From Planctomycetota bacterium (GTDB lineage Bacteria; Planctomycetota; UBA8108; SXIK01): a stretch of DNA of 64,000 nucleotides. A program made the position numbers and the translations under genes. The notes beneath the pieces are model-generated. The model was not told the DNA's origin. It did not search any database and saw only the letters and a list, made by a program, of their open reading frames with translations. Shown here piece by piece: positions 38,047-46,266 of the stretch. How positions within the stretch are numbered: position 1 is the first letter of the stretch; the number at the start of each line of letters is the position of its first letter. The stretch lies in assembly GCA_965223845.1 (NCBI GenBank), contig CBDCXR010000004.1, positions 2,784,001 to 2,848,000 of the forward strand. The letters run 5' to 3'.

Positions 38047-39570
38047 ATGACCGACTTCTCGAAGCGCAGCCTCTCGGGCGCGATGGTTCTCGCGCTTGGC
38101 TGCGCCGTGATCCTCTACTCCGCAGACGGCGACTCGCCCGCGCCGTCCGCCTCGTGGCCACAGTTTCGCGGCGTGAACTCGAGCGGCCTCTCCCGCGGAG
38201 CATCGACGCCGACCGAGTTCGGCCCCGGAAAGAACGAGCTTTGGCGGCTTCCGATCGGGCTCGGCCACAGCTCGCCGTGCATCGCCGGCGACGCGATCTT
38301 CGCGACGACGTGGGATCCCGAAACGAAGAAACTCGCCGTCGTATGCGTCGATCGAACGACGGGAACGATCCGCTGGGAACGGACCGTTCCTGCGACGGCG
38401 ATCGAAAAGGGACATCCGTCGTTCAATCCGGCGAGCAGCTCGCCGGCAACCGACGGCGAGCGCGTTGTCGCGTACTTCGGCTCCTTCGGGCTCATTTGTT
38501 TCGATCGCGACGGGACGAAGCAGTGGGATCTCCCGATGCCGCTCGCAAGAACCTTTGGAGGAAACGCCGCGTCACCGGCGATCTTCGGGGATCGAGTCAT
38601 CCTCTATCGCGCGACCTACGTCGACCACTTCCTCCTCGCCGTCGACAAACGAACGGGAAACCAGCTCTGGCGAATTCCTCAAGCTGAGCCCTTCACGGGG
38701 GAGATGGCCGGCACGGCCTGCCCGATCGTCGCCGGGAAGCGATTGATCGTGCACACGGCGCGATCGATGCAGGCGTTCGATATCACAAGCGGCGAGCGCA
38801 TCTGGGTGGCGAAGTGCGCGACGACTGGAACCAGCACGCCGGTGCTCGCCGGAGACGAGGTGCTCGTCGCCGCGTGGAACAAGATGGGAGAGCCCGCGCT
38901 CCGCCCTGCGTTCCCGACGTTCGAGGAGCTCGTCGCCAAGCACGATCGCGACGCCGACAAGACGATCAGCCGGGACGAGCTGCCGACGATCTGGATTTTC
39001 CATCGTCCCGACGGTGCGGAGGCTCCGCTGAACGGCGGGACGATCCGATTTCGCAGCGCCGATCGCGACCAGAGCGGCGAGATCACTCGCGATGAGTGGG
39101 CCGCGCGAGTTCGCGATATCGATAAGTTCCGGGCCGGCTACAAGACGCACGGCATCCTCGCGATCCCGATCACAAGCGAAGGAGTCGTCGGCGACGATGG
39201 TGTCCGCACCCTCGAGAAGCAGGGGATCCCGGAGGTTCCGTCTCCGCTTTGCGACGGGACCTACGTCTACTTCGTCAAGAACGGCGGCGTCCTCACCTGT
39301 CTCGACCTAAAGACGGGAAAGCGCATGTACCGGATGCGCACGCGGGGACGCGGGACGCACTACGCATCCCCGATCATCGCCGGCGGTAAGTTGTACACCG
39401 TCTCCGGAGCAGGCCAGATCACCGTCCTCTCGCTCGGGCCGAAGCCCGAGCTTCTGGCCGTGAACGAGATGGGCGAGAGCGTGTATGCAACTCCCGCGGT
39501 CGTCGACGACACGCTCTACGTTCGAACTCACTCGACGCTCTTCGCCTTTCGCGAACGCGACGCCGACTGA
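38047..39570 (+). CDS. PQQ-binding-like beta-propeller protein with EF-hand insertion
   Basis: WPQFRG, GHSSPCI, SPATDGERV, HYASPI, ATPAV; DRDADKTISRDE and DRDQSGEITRDE. Paralogue of 29999-31495. Confidence 0.85.
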   Translation: MTDFSKRSLSGAMVLALGCAVILYSADGDSPAPSASWPQFRGVNSSGLSRGASTPTEFGPGKNELWRLPIGLGHSSPCIAGDAIFATTWDPETKKLAVVCVDRTTGTIRWERTVPATAIEKGHPSFNPASSSPATDGERVVAYFGSFGLICFDRDGTKQWDLPMPLARTFGGNAASPAIFGDRVILYRATYVDHFLLAVDKRTGNQLWRIPQAEPFTGEMAGTACPIVAGKRLIVHTARSMQAFDITSGERIWVAKCATTGTSTPVLAGDEVLVAAWNKMGEPALRPAFPTFEELVAKHDRDADKTISRDELPTIWIFHRPDGAEAPLNGGTIRFRSADRDQSGEITRDEWAARVRDIDKFRAGYKTHGILAIPITSEGVVGDDGVRTLEKQGIPEVPSPLCDGTYVYFVKNGGVLTCLDLKTGKRMYRMRTRGRGTHYASPIIAGGKLYTVSGAGQITVLSLGPKPELLAVNEMGESVYATPAVVDDTLYVRTHSTLFAFRERDAD

Positions 39571-39624
39571 CCCGGCGAGCGATCACAGCGTCGATTCGAC
39601 CACCATCCACTCGAGAGATGCGCC

Positions 39625-41469
39625 ATGCCGAGGAAGCACCCACGATCGATTCGTTCTGCCCTAGCGCTAGCGGCTCTCCTAGTCGTAACCGGAGTCCCGG
39701 CGCGCGCGGTTGATCCACCGCCGTTTCGCTGGACGGGCGTCACGATCGACGAGATCGACATCGGCTACGGAATCCAGCTCAGCGACGTCGACGGCGACGG
39801 CGCGACCGACATCGTACTCGCCGACAAGAAGACGATTCAGTGGTACCGGAATCCGACCTGGGAGAAATACGTCATCGCGAAGGATCTTACCGAGCGCGAC
39901 AACGTCTGCGTCACCGCGCGCGATCTCGATGGCGACGGCAAGTGCGAGATCGCGGTCGGCGGTCAGTGGAACTTTCGCGAATCGCGAAAGGATGGCGCCG
40001 TCTTCTACTTGATTCCGGGTGAAGATCGCACGAAGCCATGGACCCCGGTCAAGCTCTACAACGACCCGAGCACGCACCGGATGCACTGGGTGAAGACACC
40101 GGACGGAGGCTACTCGCTCCTCGTCAAGCCGCTCCGCGGACGAGGGAGTGACAACGGCGACGGTCCGGGTCTCCGCATCCTCGAGTACGTGCGGCCGGCC
40201 GATCCGCGGGCGGAGTGGACGACGCACGTGGTGAGCGACTTTCTCCATCTCTCGCACAACTTCCACCCGGTGAACTGGGACGACGATGTCGAGGAGGAGA
40301 TCATCGTCGCGGCGAAAGAAGGAGTCTGGCACTTCGACCGCCAGGGAAGCGAATGGAAGGCGACGCAACTCACGAAGGACTTCGCCGGCGAAATCCGTGA
40401 CGGCGTCCTGCCGAGCGGAAAGCGATTCATCGTGACCGTCGAGCCGATGCACGGAAACAAATCGGCGGTCTATGTCGAGCCGGACGACGAAGGTGGAACG
40501 TGGAAGCTCGCCGCCGTGCTCGATCCTGCGCTCATCGACGGACACGCGCTCGCGTGCGCCGACTACCTGGGGGTCGGATACGACCAGGTCGTCGTCGGCT
40601 GGCGCGCCATGCACCCGAAGGGAACGCCGGGGATCAAGTTCTTCACTCCGATGAGTCCGGACGGGACCGAGTGGCGCGAGCAGCACGTCTCCGGGGCGGA
40701 GCTCGCGGTCGAGGACATCAAGGCCGGGGATCTGAACGGCGACGGCCGCCCGGACATCGTCGCGGCCGCACGGCAGACGAAGAACCTGAAGATCTTCTTT
40801 TCCGGGTCGTTCACTGCGACGCCGATCTACCAGAACGCCGAGTGGACGCGCGGCTGGTGGATGCCGCGCCACCGGCAAAAGCTCGCCGACTTGAAGAAGC
40901 AGGGTGAGGTCGACGTCCTCATGATCGGCGACTCCATCACGCACGGGTGGGAACGCGCGGGGCGCGCGACGTGGGAAAAGTACTACGCGAAACGAAAAGC
41001 GTTCAACATCGGGTACAGCGGAGACCGCACGGAGCACGTTCTCTGGCGCCTCGCACACGGCGAGGTCGACGGGATCTCACCGAAGCTCGCCGTCGTCATG
41101 ATCGGGACGAACAACACGGGGCAGCGAAAGGATCCCGCCGAGGCGACCGCCGAAGGCATCCGGGCGATCGTCGACGACCTACGCCGGCGACTGCCGAAGA
41201 CGAAAATCCTCCTCCTCGCGATCTTCCCTCGGGAGCCGCACGCAAACGGGGATCAGCGCCGGCTGAACGAGGCGATCAACGCACGCATCGCGAAGCTTGC
41301 GGATGGCGACTTCGTTCACTTCCTCGACATCAACGCGTCGTTCCTCACGGAGGACGGACGGTTGACGAAGGAGGTGATGCCGGACTTTCTCCACCCGAAT
41401 GAGAAGGGGTATGCGATCTGGGCGGAGGCTATGGAGCCGGCGATTCGGCGTCTTCTGGGGGAGGAGTGA
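39625..41469 (+). CDS. Secreted FG-GAP/VCBS propeller fused to an SGNH/GDSL hydrolase
   Basis: DVDGDG, DLDGDG and DLNGDGRPD repeats; C-terminal IGDSIT, GYSGD, IGTNN and DFLHP catalytic blocks. Confidence 0.88.
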   Translation: MPRKHPRSIRSALALAALLVVTGVPARAVDPPPFRWTGVTIDEIDIGYGIQLSDVDGDGATDIVLADKKTIQWYRNPTWEKYVIAKDLTERDNVCVTARDLDGDGKCEIAVGGQWNFRESRKDGAVFYLIPGEDRTKPWTPVKLYNDPSTHRMHWVKTPDGGYSLLVKPLRGRGSDNGDGPGLRILEYVRPADPRAEWTTHVVSDFLHLSHNFHPVNWDDDVEEEIIVAAKEGVWHFDRQGSEWKATQLTKDFAGEIRDGVLPSGKRFIVTVEPMHGNKSAVYVEPDDEGGTWKLAAVLDPALIDGHALACADYLGVGYDQVVVGWRAMHPKGTPGIKFFTPMSPDGTEWREQHVSGAELAVEDIKAGDLNGDGRPDIVAAARQTKNLKIFFSGSFTATPIYQNAEWTRGWWMPRHRQKLADLKKQGEVDVLMIGDSITHGWERAGRATWEKYYAKRKAFNIGYSGDRTEHVLWRLAHGEVDGISPKLAVVMIGTNNTGQRKDPAEATAEGIRAIVDDLRRRLPKTKILLLAIFPREPHANGDQRRLNEAINARIAKLADGDFVHFLDINASFLTEDGRLTKEVMPDFLHPNEKGYAIWAEAMEPAIRRLLGEE

Positions 41470-41477
41470 GAGGTTTA

Positions 41478-41494
41478 CACGAAGGGCGCGAAGG
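41478..41494 (+). repeat. REP-like repeat, left arm
   Basis: CACGAAGGGCGCGAAGG; 16/17 identical to the inverted copy at 42472-42488. Confidence 0.65.
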
Positions 41495-41517
41495 GGACGC
41501 GAAGGGAGACGAAGCAA

Positions 41518-41634
<117 letters not shown>

Positions 41635-41686
41635 AATGTGCGTGGGAGGGAGTGAAGAAAAGAGTCTTTGGGGCTTTTCGTGGAGT

Positions 41687-42385
41687 TCAATCCGGATAGT
41701 AGAGCCAGCGGCCGTTGCCGACGTACCAGTGAGACGTGTTCGGCGTCCAGACATGATACGAGACGTAGTAGCCGGCTCTACCGCTTGTGCGCGAAGGGTC
41801 GTAGTGGATTCGATCGCGCAGCTCCTTTCGAGTCGCCGGGAACCCGGATAGGTCTTCCGGGTAGTTTCCGGTCTTTGCGCTCGTGTCTTCCACGTATTCG
41901 ACTACGCGTTCTGCTTCCGCGTAGACCATCGCCCACTGGACCGCGAGATAGCCCGGCCATAGGATCGAAACGGACGCGACGGCGACGGCCGCTACGGCTC
42001 CGATCACACGGGTCGACCGCATCGGAGTGGCGAGCAGGAGTCCCGCGGGCAGGTTCGCAAAGAGACCGTTCGCGAGAAACCCGAGGGAAGCGACTGAGCT
42101 AACCGCGTGGTAGACGATCAGTCCGCCCGCTGCTTCCACCGGCACGATCACCGCGAAGGCGATTGTCAGAGGCGTTCGCGCGCAAGCGAGCGCGATGGCC
42201 GCGGGGAGACTCGGCACGAACCAGAGCCACGGTAGTGCATCCTCGCCCACCACGTCCTGCCGCGTCGCCTCGTCGAGCATTGCGAGGGCGCCTCCGCAGA
42301 CCGCGAAGTAGATCGACGCAACGGCGACTCGCCCGACAAAGAGGACCAGGTGCGGAGTTTCCTGACTGCCTCTGGTGTCACTCAT
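41687..42385 (-). CDS. Hypothetical membrane protein
   Basis: Several hydrophobic helices, then a soluble aromatic tail (KTGNYPEDLSGF...YYVSYHVW...WLYYPD). Confidence 0.65.
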   Translation of the reverse strand: MSDTRGSQETPHLVLFVGRVAVASIYFAVCGGALAMLDEATRQDVVGEDALPWLWFVPSLPAAIALACARTPLTIAFAVIVPVEAAGGLIVYHAVSSVASLGFLANGLFANLPAGLLLATPMRSTRVIGAVAAVAVASVSILWPGYLAVQWAMVYAEAERVVEYVEDTSAKTGNYPEDLSGFPATRKELRDRIHYDPSRTSGRAGYYVSYHVWTPNTSHWYVGNGRWLYYPD

Positions 42386-42471
42386 CGCGACCCCCGCCGG
42401 CTTTGGAAGACGTCTCCGGGCTCACGAGCTGAGAAACGGCGCCTGCGGCCGCACATCTCAACTCCCTTGTT

Positions 42472-42488
42472 CCTTCGTGCCCTTCGTG
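42472..42488 (-). repeat. REP-like repeat, right arm
   Basis: CCTTCGTGCCCTTCGTG is the reverse complement of CACGAAGGGCACGAAGG. Confidence 0.65.
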
Positions 42489-42550
42489 GTGAATTCTCTT
42501 ACGAGCAATTCACCGCCGCCGAAGAACCAAAACGCGCACGGCACCGCAAC

Positions 42551-43783
42551 TCAGACCAGCCCGAGCCACCCATCCCAGCGCGCGATCGCCGCGAGTGCGA
42601 CGTGTGGATCCCCCACGTCCTCCGGCTCTAGGCGCTCGGTGAGCTCGACGACCACCGAGAGCGCGCCGTCGTAATCGAGATCGTCGTCGAACGCCGCCCG
42701 GACTCGTTCGTCCGCTTCGGCGATCCACTCCGGCTTCGCCGCGCTCTCGTCCGCGGGCGCCTTCTTCGCCTCGTCGAGGAGATACTCGCGAAAACCGAGA
42801 ACCGCGTTGACCCGGTCGCGCGAGCGGTCGAGGCACGCGTCGCCGAAGTCGATCGTGTCTCGATAGTGAGCCGAGAGCAGTGCGGCGCGAATCACGGCGC
42901 CGCGGAAGCCGTCATTGAGAAGCTCTCTCACCGTGACGACGTTGCGCGCGACGAGGCTCATCGGCTCGCCTTCGACGTAGACCTCGCCGGAATGGAGCCA
43001 GTAGCGCGCGAGCGGCTTGCCGGTGAGCGATTCGGCCTGCGCCGCTTCGCACTCGTGGTGCGGGAAGAGGTTGTCGTGCGCTCCCGTGTGAATGTCGAAC
43101 GCTCCCCCGAGATACTTCCGTCCCATGGCGACGCACTCGACGTGCCAGCCGGGGAAGCCGCGACCCCACGGGCTCGGCCAGTGCCGCTGGTGCTCGACAT
43201 CCGTCCTCCAGAGGTCGATATCGAGAACGTGTCGCTTCTCGGGATGCGCCGGGTTCCTCGATCCGCCGAGGATCGTCTCCAGCTCCGCGCGGCTCTTTCC
43301 CGTCAGGTGGCCGAACTGCGGCGCCTTGTCGACATCGAAGTAGACGTTTCCTCCTGCGGAGTACGTCAACCGTTTTTCCTCGAGCTGCTCGACGAGCGCG
43401 ATCATGTCGTCGATGTGCTCCCGCGCGCGCGGGTAGACCGTCGCGTCGAGGATGTGGAGCGCGCGCCGCTCCTCGTGGAACTTTCGCTCTTCGTCCTCGA
43501 TGAGCTCGGACGCGTGAAGACCCGTTCGCGCCGCGGCGATCTCGGTGAAGTCTTCCTCGAACTCGTTCAGGTGCCCGACGTCGGTGATGTTCATCACCTG
43601 CGTGACCTCGAGGCCATTCGCCTCGAGCGTTCGCCGGAGGACGTCGCCGAGGAGATACGAGCGAAACTTGCTCAGGTCGAGCGCCGCCTTCACGGTCGGC
43701 CCGCAGTGGTAGAGTCCCGCCCGTCCGGGCTCGAGCGGCGTGAACTCGCGCTTCGCTCCGGTTCGATCACTGAGCTTCAGCAT
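42551..43783 (-). CDS. Cysteinyl-tRNA synthetase-like protein with degenerate HIGH/KMSKS and no anticodon domain
   Basis: ATG 43783 with GGAGGAGG RBS. CGPTV, MNITDVGH, SPWGRGFPGWHVEC, FDIH, FPHHECE and HYR are present; HIGH is DLSK and KMSKS is PMSLV. Confidence 0.88.
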   Translation of the reverse strand: MLKLSDRTGAKREFTPLEPGRAGLYHCGPTVKAALDLSKFRSYLLGDVLRRTLEANGLEVTQVMNITDVGHLNEFEEDFTEIAAARTGLHASELIEDEERKFHEERRALHILDATVYPRAREHIDDMIALVEQLEEKRLTYSAGGNVYFDVDKAPQFGHLTGKSRAELETILGGSRNPAHPEKRHVLDIDLWRTDVEHQRHWPSPWGRGFPGWHVECVAMGRKYLGGAFDIHTGAHDNLFPHHECEAAQAESLTGKPLARYWLHSGEVYVEGEPMSLVARNVVTVRELLNDGFRGAVIRAALLSAHYRDTIDFGDACLDRSRDRVNAVLGFREYLLDEAKKAPADESAAKPEWIAEADERVRAAFDDDLDYDGALSVVVELTERLEPEDVGDPHVALAAIARWDGWLGLV

Positions 43784-43905
43784 CTCATCCCTCCTCCGGT
43801 CGTGCGCCTCCACCGCGACGACGCTCGCGACGTTTCTCCTCCCCCGCCCCCCGAAGATTCTGACGGTTTCCCGAGCGGACGGAAAGTCCCCGCCGACATC
43901 GGCTT

Positions 43906-45195
43906 TTACTCGGGCACGATCTTCATGTGTCGCTTCTTCCCCCGCCGGAGGAGGATCTCTCCGTCAACGAGATCCGCGGCCGTCACGACTCGATCCTCGT
44001 CCACCGACTCTCCGTTCAAGTAGAGCCCGCCCTGACGAGCCTGTCGACGCGCGTCGTTTCTCGAATCGCAGAGCTTCGAGCTCGCGCTCAAATCGACGAC
44101 GGAGATTCCTGACTCGAGATCGGCGCGCGGTACGGCGTAGGTCGGAACGGAGTCACCGCCTCCGGTCTTTCCGCCGCCGAAGAGCGCCCTCGCACCCTTT
44201 TGCGCGGCCTTCGCCTCCTCCTCGCCGTGCGTGAGACGCGTCGCCTCGAACGCGAGCACTTCCTTCGCCTTCCGGATGTCCGCGCCTTCGAGTCGATCGA
44301 GAGCTTCGATTTCCCCAAGGTCGAGAAACGTAAAGACACGCAGGTACCGCCCCGCGTCGCGGTCGTCGGTGTTGACCCAGAACTGGTAGTAGTCGTACGG
44401 GCTCGTACGCTCGGCGTCGAGCCAGATCGCCCCCTTCTCCGTCTTCCCCATCTTCTGACCGCTGGCGGTCGTGATGAGGGGCGTGGTGAGAGCGTGGGCG
44501 CGTCGACTGTCGGCGCGGCGAATGAGCTCGAGGCCCGCGACGATGTTCCCCCACTGATCACTCCCGCCCATCTGGAGCGCGCAGCCGTACTTCCTCGAGA
44601 GGACGAGGTAATCGTAGGCCTGGAGGAGGCTGTAGTTGAATTCGAGAAAGGACAGCCCCGCCGGCGACGCGAGTCGCAGCTTCACGCCCTCGGCCGCAAG
44701 CATGCGGTTCACGCTGAAGTGGCGTCCGACGTCGCGGAGGAAGTCGAGGTAGTGAAGGTCGAGCAGCCAGTCCGCGTTGTTGAGCACGATTCCGCGCTCT
44801 TCCTTCGGATCGTCGCTCGGCGCGAGGTCGAGGTAGCGCGAGATCTGCTCCCGCTGCGCGGCGAGATTCGCGGCGACGGCACCCTCGTCGAGGAGCTTTC
44901 GCATCTCCGTCTTGCCGCTCGGGTCGCCAACGAGACCCGTGCCGCCGCCCATGAGGACGATGGGGCGATGGCCTGATCGCTGGAGGTGAGCGAGAAGGAT
45001 GACCTGCACCAGGTTTCCGACGGTGAGGCTCGGCGCGGTCGGATCGAAGCCGATATAGGCCGTGACGCGCTCCTCCGCGAGCAGCTTCTCGAGCGGTCGC
45101 TGATCGGTCTCGTCGTCGCTCGTCTGATGGATGAGTCCGCGCTCGCGGAGAGCGCTCAGGAAATCGCTCACGGACTTCGCCTCGTTCGTGCTCAA
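43906..45195 (-). CDS. tyrS: Tyrosine--tRNA ligase
   Basis: YIGFDPTAPSL, GDPSGK, EFNYSLLQAYD, QMGGSDQWGN, KMGKT, S4-like C-terminus ending RRGKK. Confidence 0.96.
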   Translation of the reverse strand: MSTNEAKSVSDFLSALRERGLIHQTSDDETDQRPLEKLLAEERVTAYIGFDPTAPSLTVGNLVQVILLAHLQRSGHRPIVLMGGGTGLVGDPSGKTEMRKLLDEGAVAANLAAQREQISRYLDLAPSDDPKEERGIVLNNADWLLDLHYLDFLRDVGRHFSVNRMLAAEGVKLRLASPAGLSFLEFNYSLLQAYDYLVLSRKYGCALQMGGSDQWGNIVAGLELIRRADSRRAHALTTPLITTASGQKMGKTEKGAIWLDAERTSPYDYYQFWVNTDDRDAGRYLRVFTFLDLGEIEALDRLEGADIRKAKEVLAFEATRLTHGEEEAKAAQKGARALFGGGKTGGGDSVPTYAVPRADLESGISVVDLSASSKLCDSRNDARRQARQGGLYLNGESVDEDRVVTAADLVDGEILLRRGKKRHMKIVPE

Positions 45196-45596
45196 ACTAG
45201 TTCACTCCCGGATCCGCGCGACTCGGGCCACACTTGCGCGAGCTCTTCGAGCGCGCCGCAGACGAGCTCGGCCGCGTGAACCGAGTCGTCGTCGAGCCCG
45301 CCGGCGCGCGACGAGAGCTCTTCGACGTCGAGCGCGGCGCACTCGGCTCTGGTCCGTCCCACCAACCAGTCGGCGAGGATCGAACCGCAGACGATCGACG
45401 CAGCGCAGCCGTAGACCTGGTAGCGACAGTCCGCGACCTCGCCGCTCGGCCCCCACTGAACGTAGAGATCGATCAGGTCCCCACACCGATCACCCTCGAC
45501 GCGGATCTTGGCGTCCGGATCCGAAAGCACGCCGGCGCGCCTCGGACACGTAAGGTGTTCGTCGAAAGGATTCTTCTCGGGGTCGAGCGGGTCCAT
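45192..45596 (-). CDS. IscU/NifU N-terminal-like Fe-S scaffold protein
   Basis: H..CPRRAG, CGD, YGCAASIVCGS; the canonical third Cys (HC) is HA. Confidence 0.8.
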   Translation of the reverse strand: MDPLDPEKNPFDEHLTCPRRAGVLSDPDAKIRVEGDRCGDLIDLYVQWGPSGEVADCRYQVYGCAASIVCGSILADWLVGRTRAECAALDVEELSSRAGGLDDDSVHAAELVCGALEELAQVWPESRGSGSELV

Positions 45597-45617
45597 CGCA
45601 CGAGCAACGGACCGAGC

Positions 45618-45935
45618 CTAAAGAAGCTCGTCGAGCTTGCTCTTATACTGCGACTTCGGATAGAGGCCGACGAGCTGATCGACGACCTCACCGCCCTTGA
45701 AGAGAAGCACGGTCGGAACGCTCATGATGCCGTACTTTCCGGCGGTGTCCTGCGCCTTGTCGATGTCGACCTTGCCGACCTTCGCCTTGCCGTTGTACTC
45801 GTCGGCCAGCTCGTCGACGATCGGGGAGAGCTGCTGACACGGCGGGCACCAAGTCGCGCCGAAATCTACGAGAACCGGCTGCTCCGCCTGGAGGACTTCC
45901 GTCTCGAAGTTGGTGTCGTCGAAATCGAGCGCCAT
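45618..45935 (-). CDS. trxA: Thioredoxin
   Basis: LVDFGATWCPPC and YGIMSVPTVLLFKGG. Confidence 0.93.
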   Translation of the reverse strand: MALDFDDTNFETEVLQAEQPVLVDFGATWCPPCQQLSPIVDELADEYNGKAKVGKVDIDKAQDTAGKYGIMSVPTVLLFKGGEVVDQLVGLYPKSQYKSKLDELL

Positions 45936-46266
45936 CGCTCGCGCCTCCTAACGGGATACAGAAACTCGCTGAACTCGTCCGGCCGGATCCGTCATCGCTG
46001 CCGCGGCCGGTCGGGCGCCGCCCGAGAGGTCCGCAGGGGCCGGAAACGGGGGAGTCTACAACAAAACGCGGCCGCCGCCAAACGCCCTAAAGCCCAGGAT
46101 CGATTCCCGAAAGTCGGCCGCATCCGGGAACTCCTGAAGGTGAGACGCCGCGGACCTGGACGGTCTTACTGAAGCGCTTACAATCGTCCCCTCGGCACGC
46201 TGGTCGTACTCGGACCACCGCTAGAGCCGCCGGAACTCTGCCTCGCCCCTTCTCGTTGGAAGGATC

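Noticed and set aside
45010-45035. TyrRS HIGH motif reads TVGN
   Set aside because: A single substitution with all other motifs intact; most likely a functional variant.
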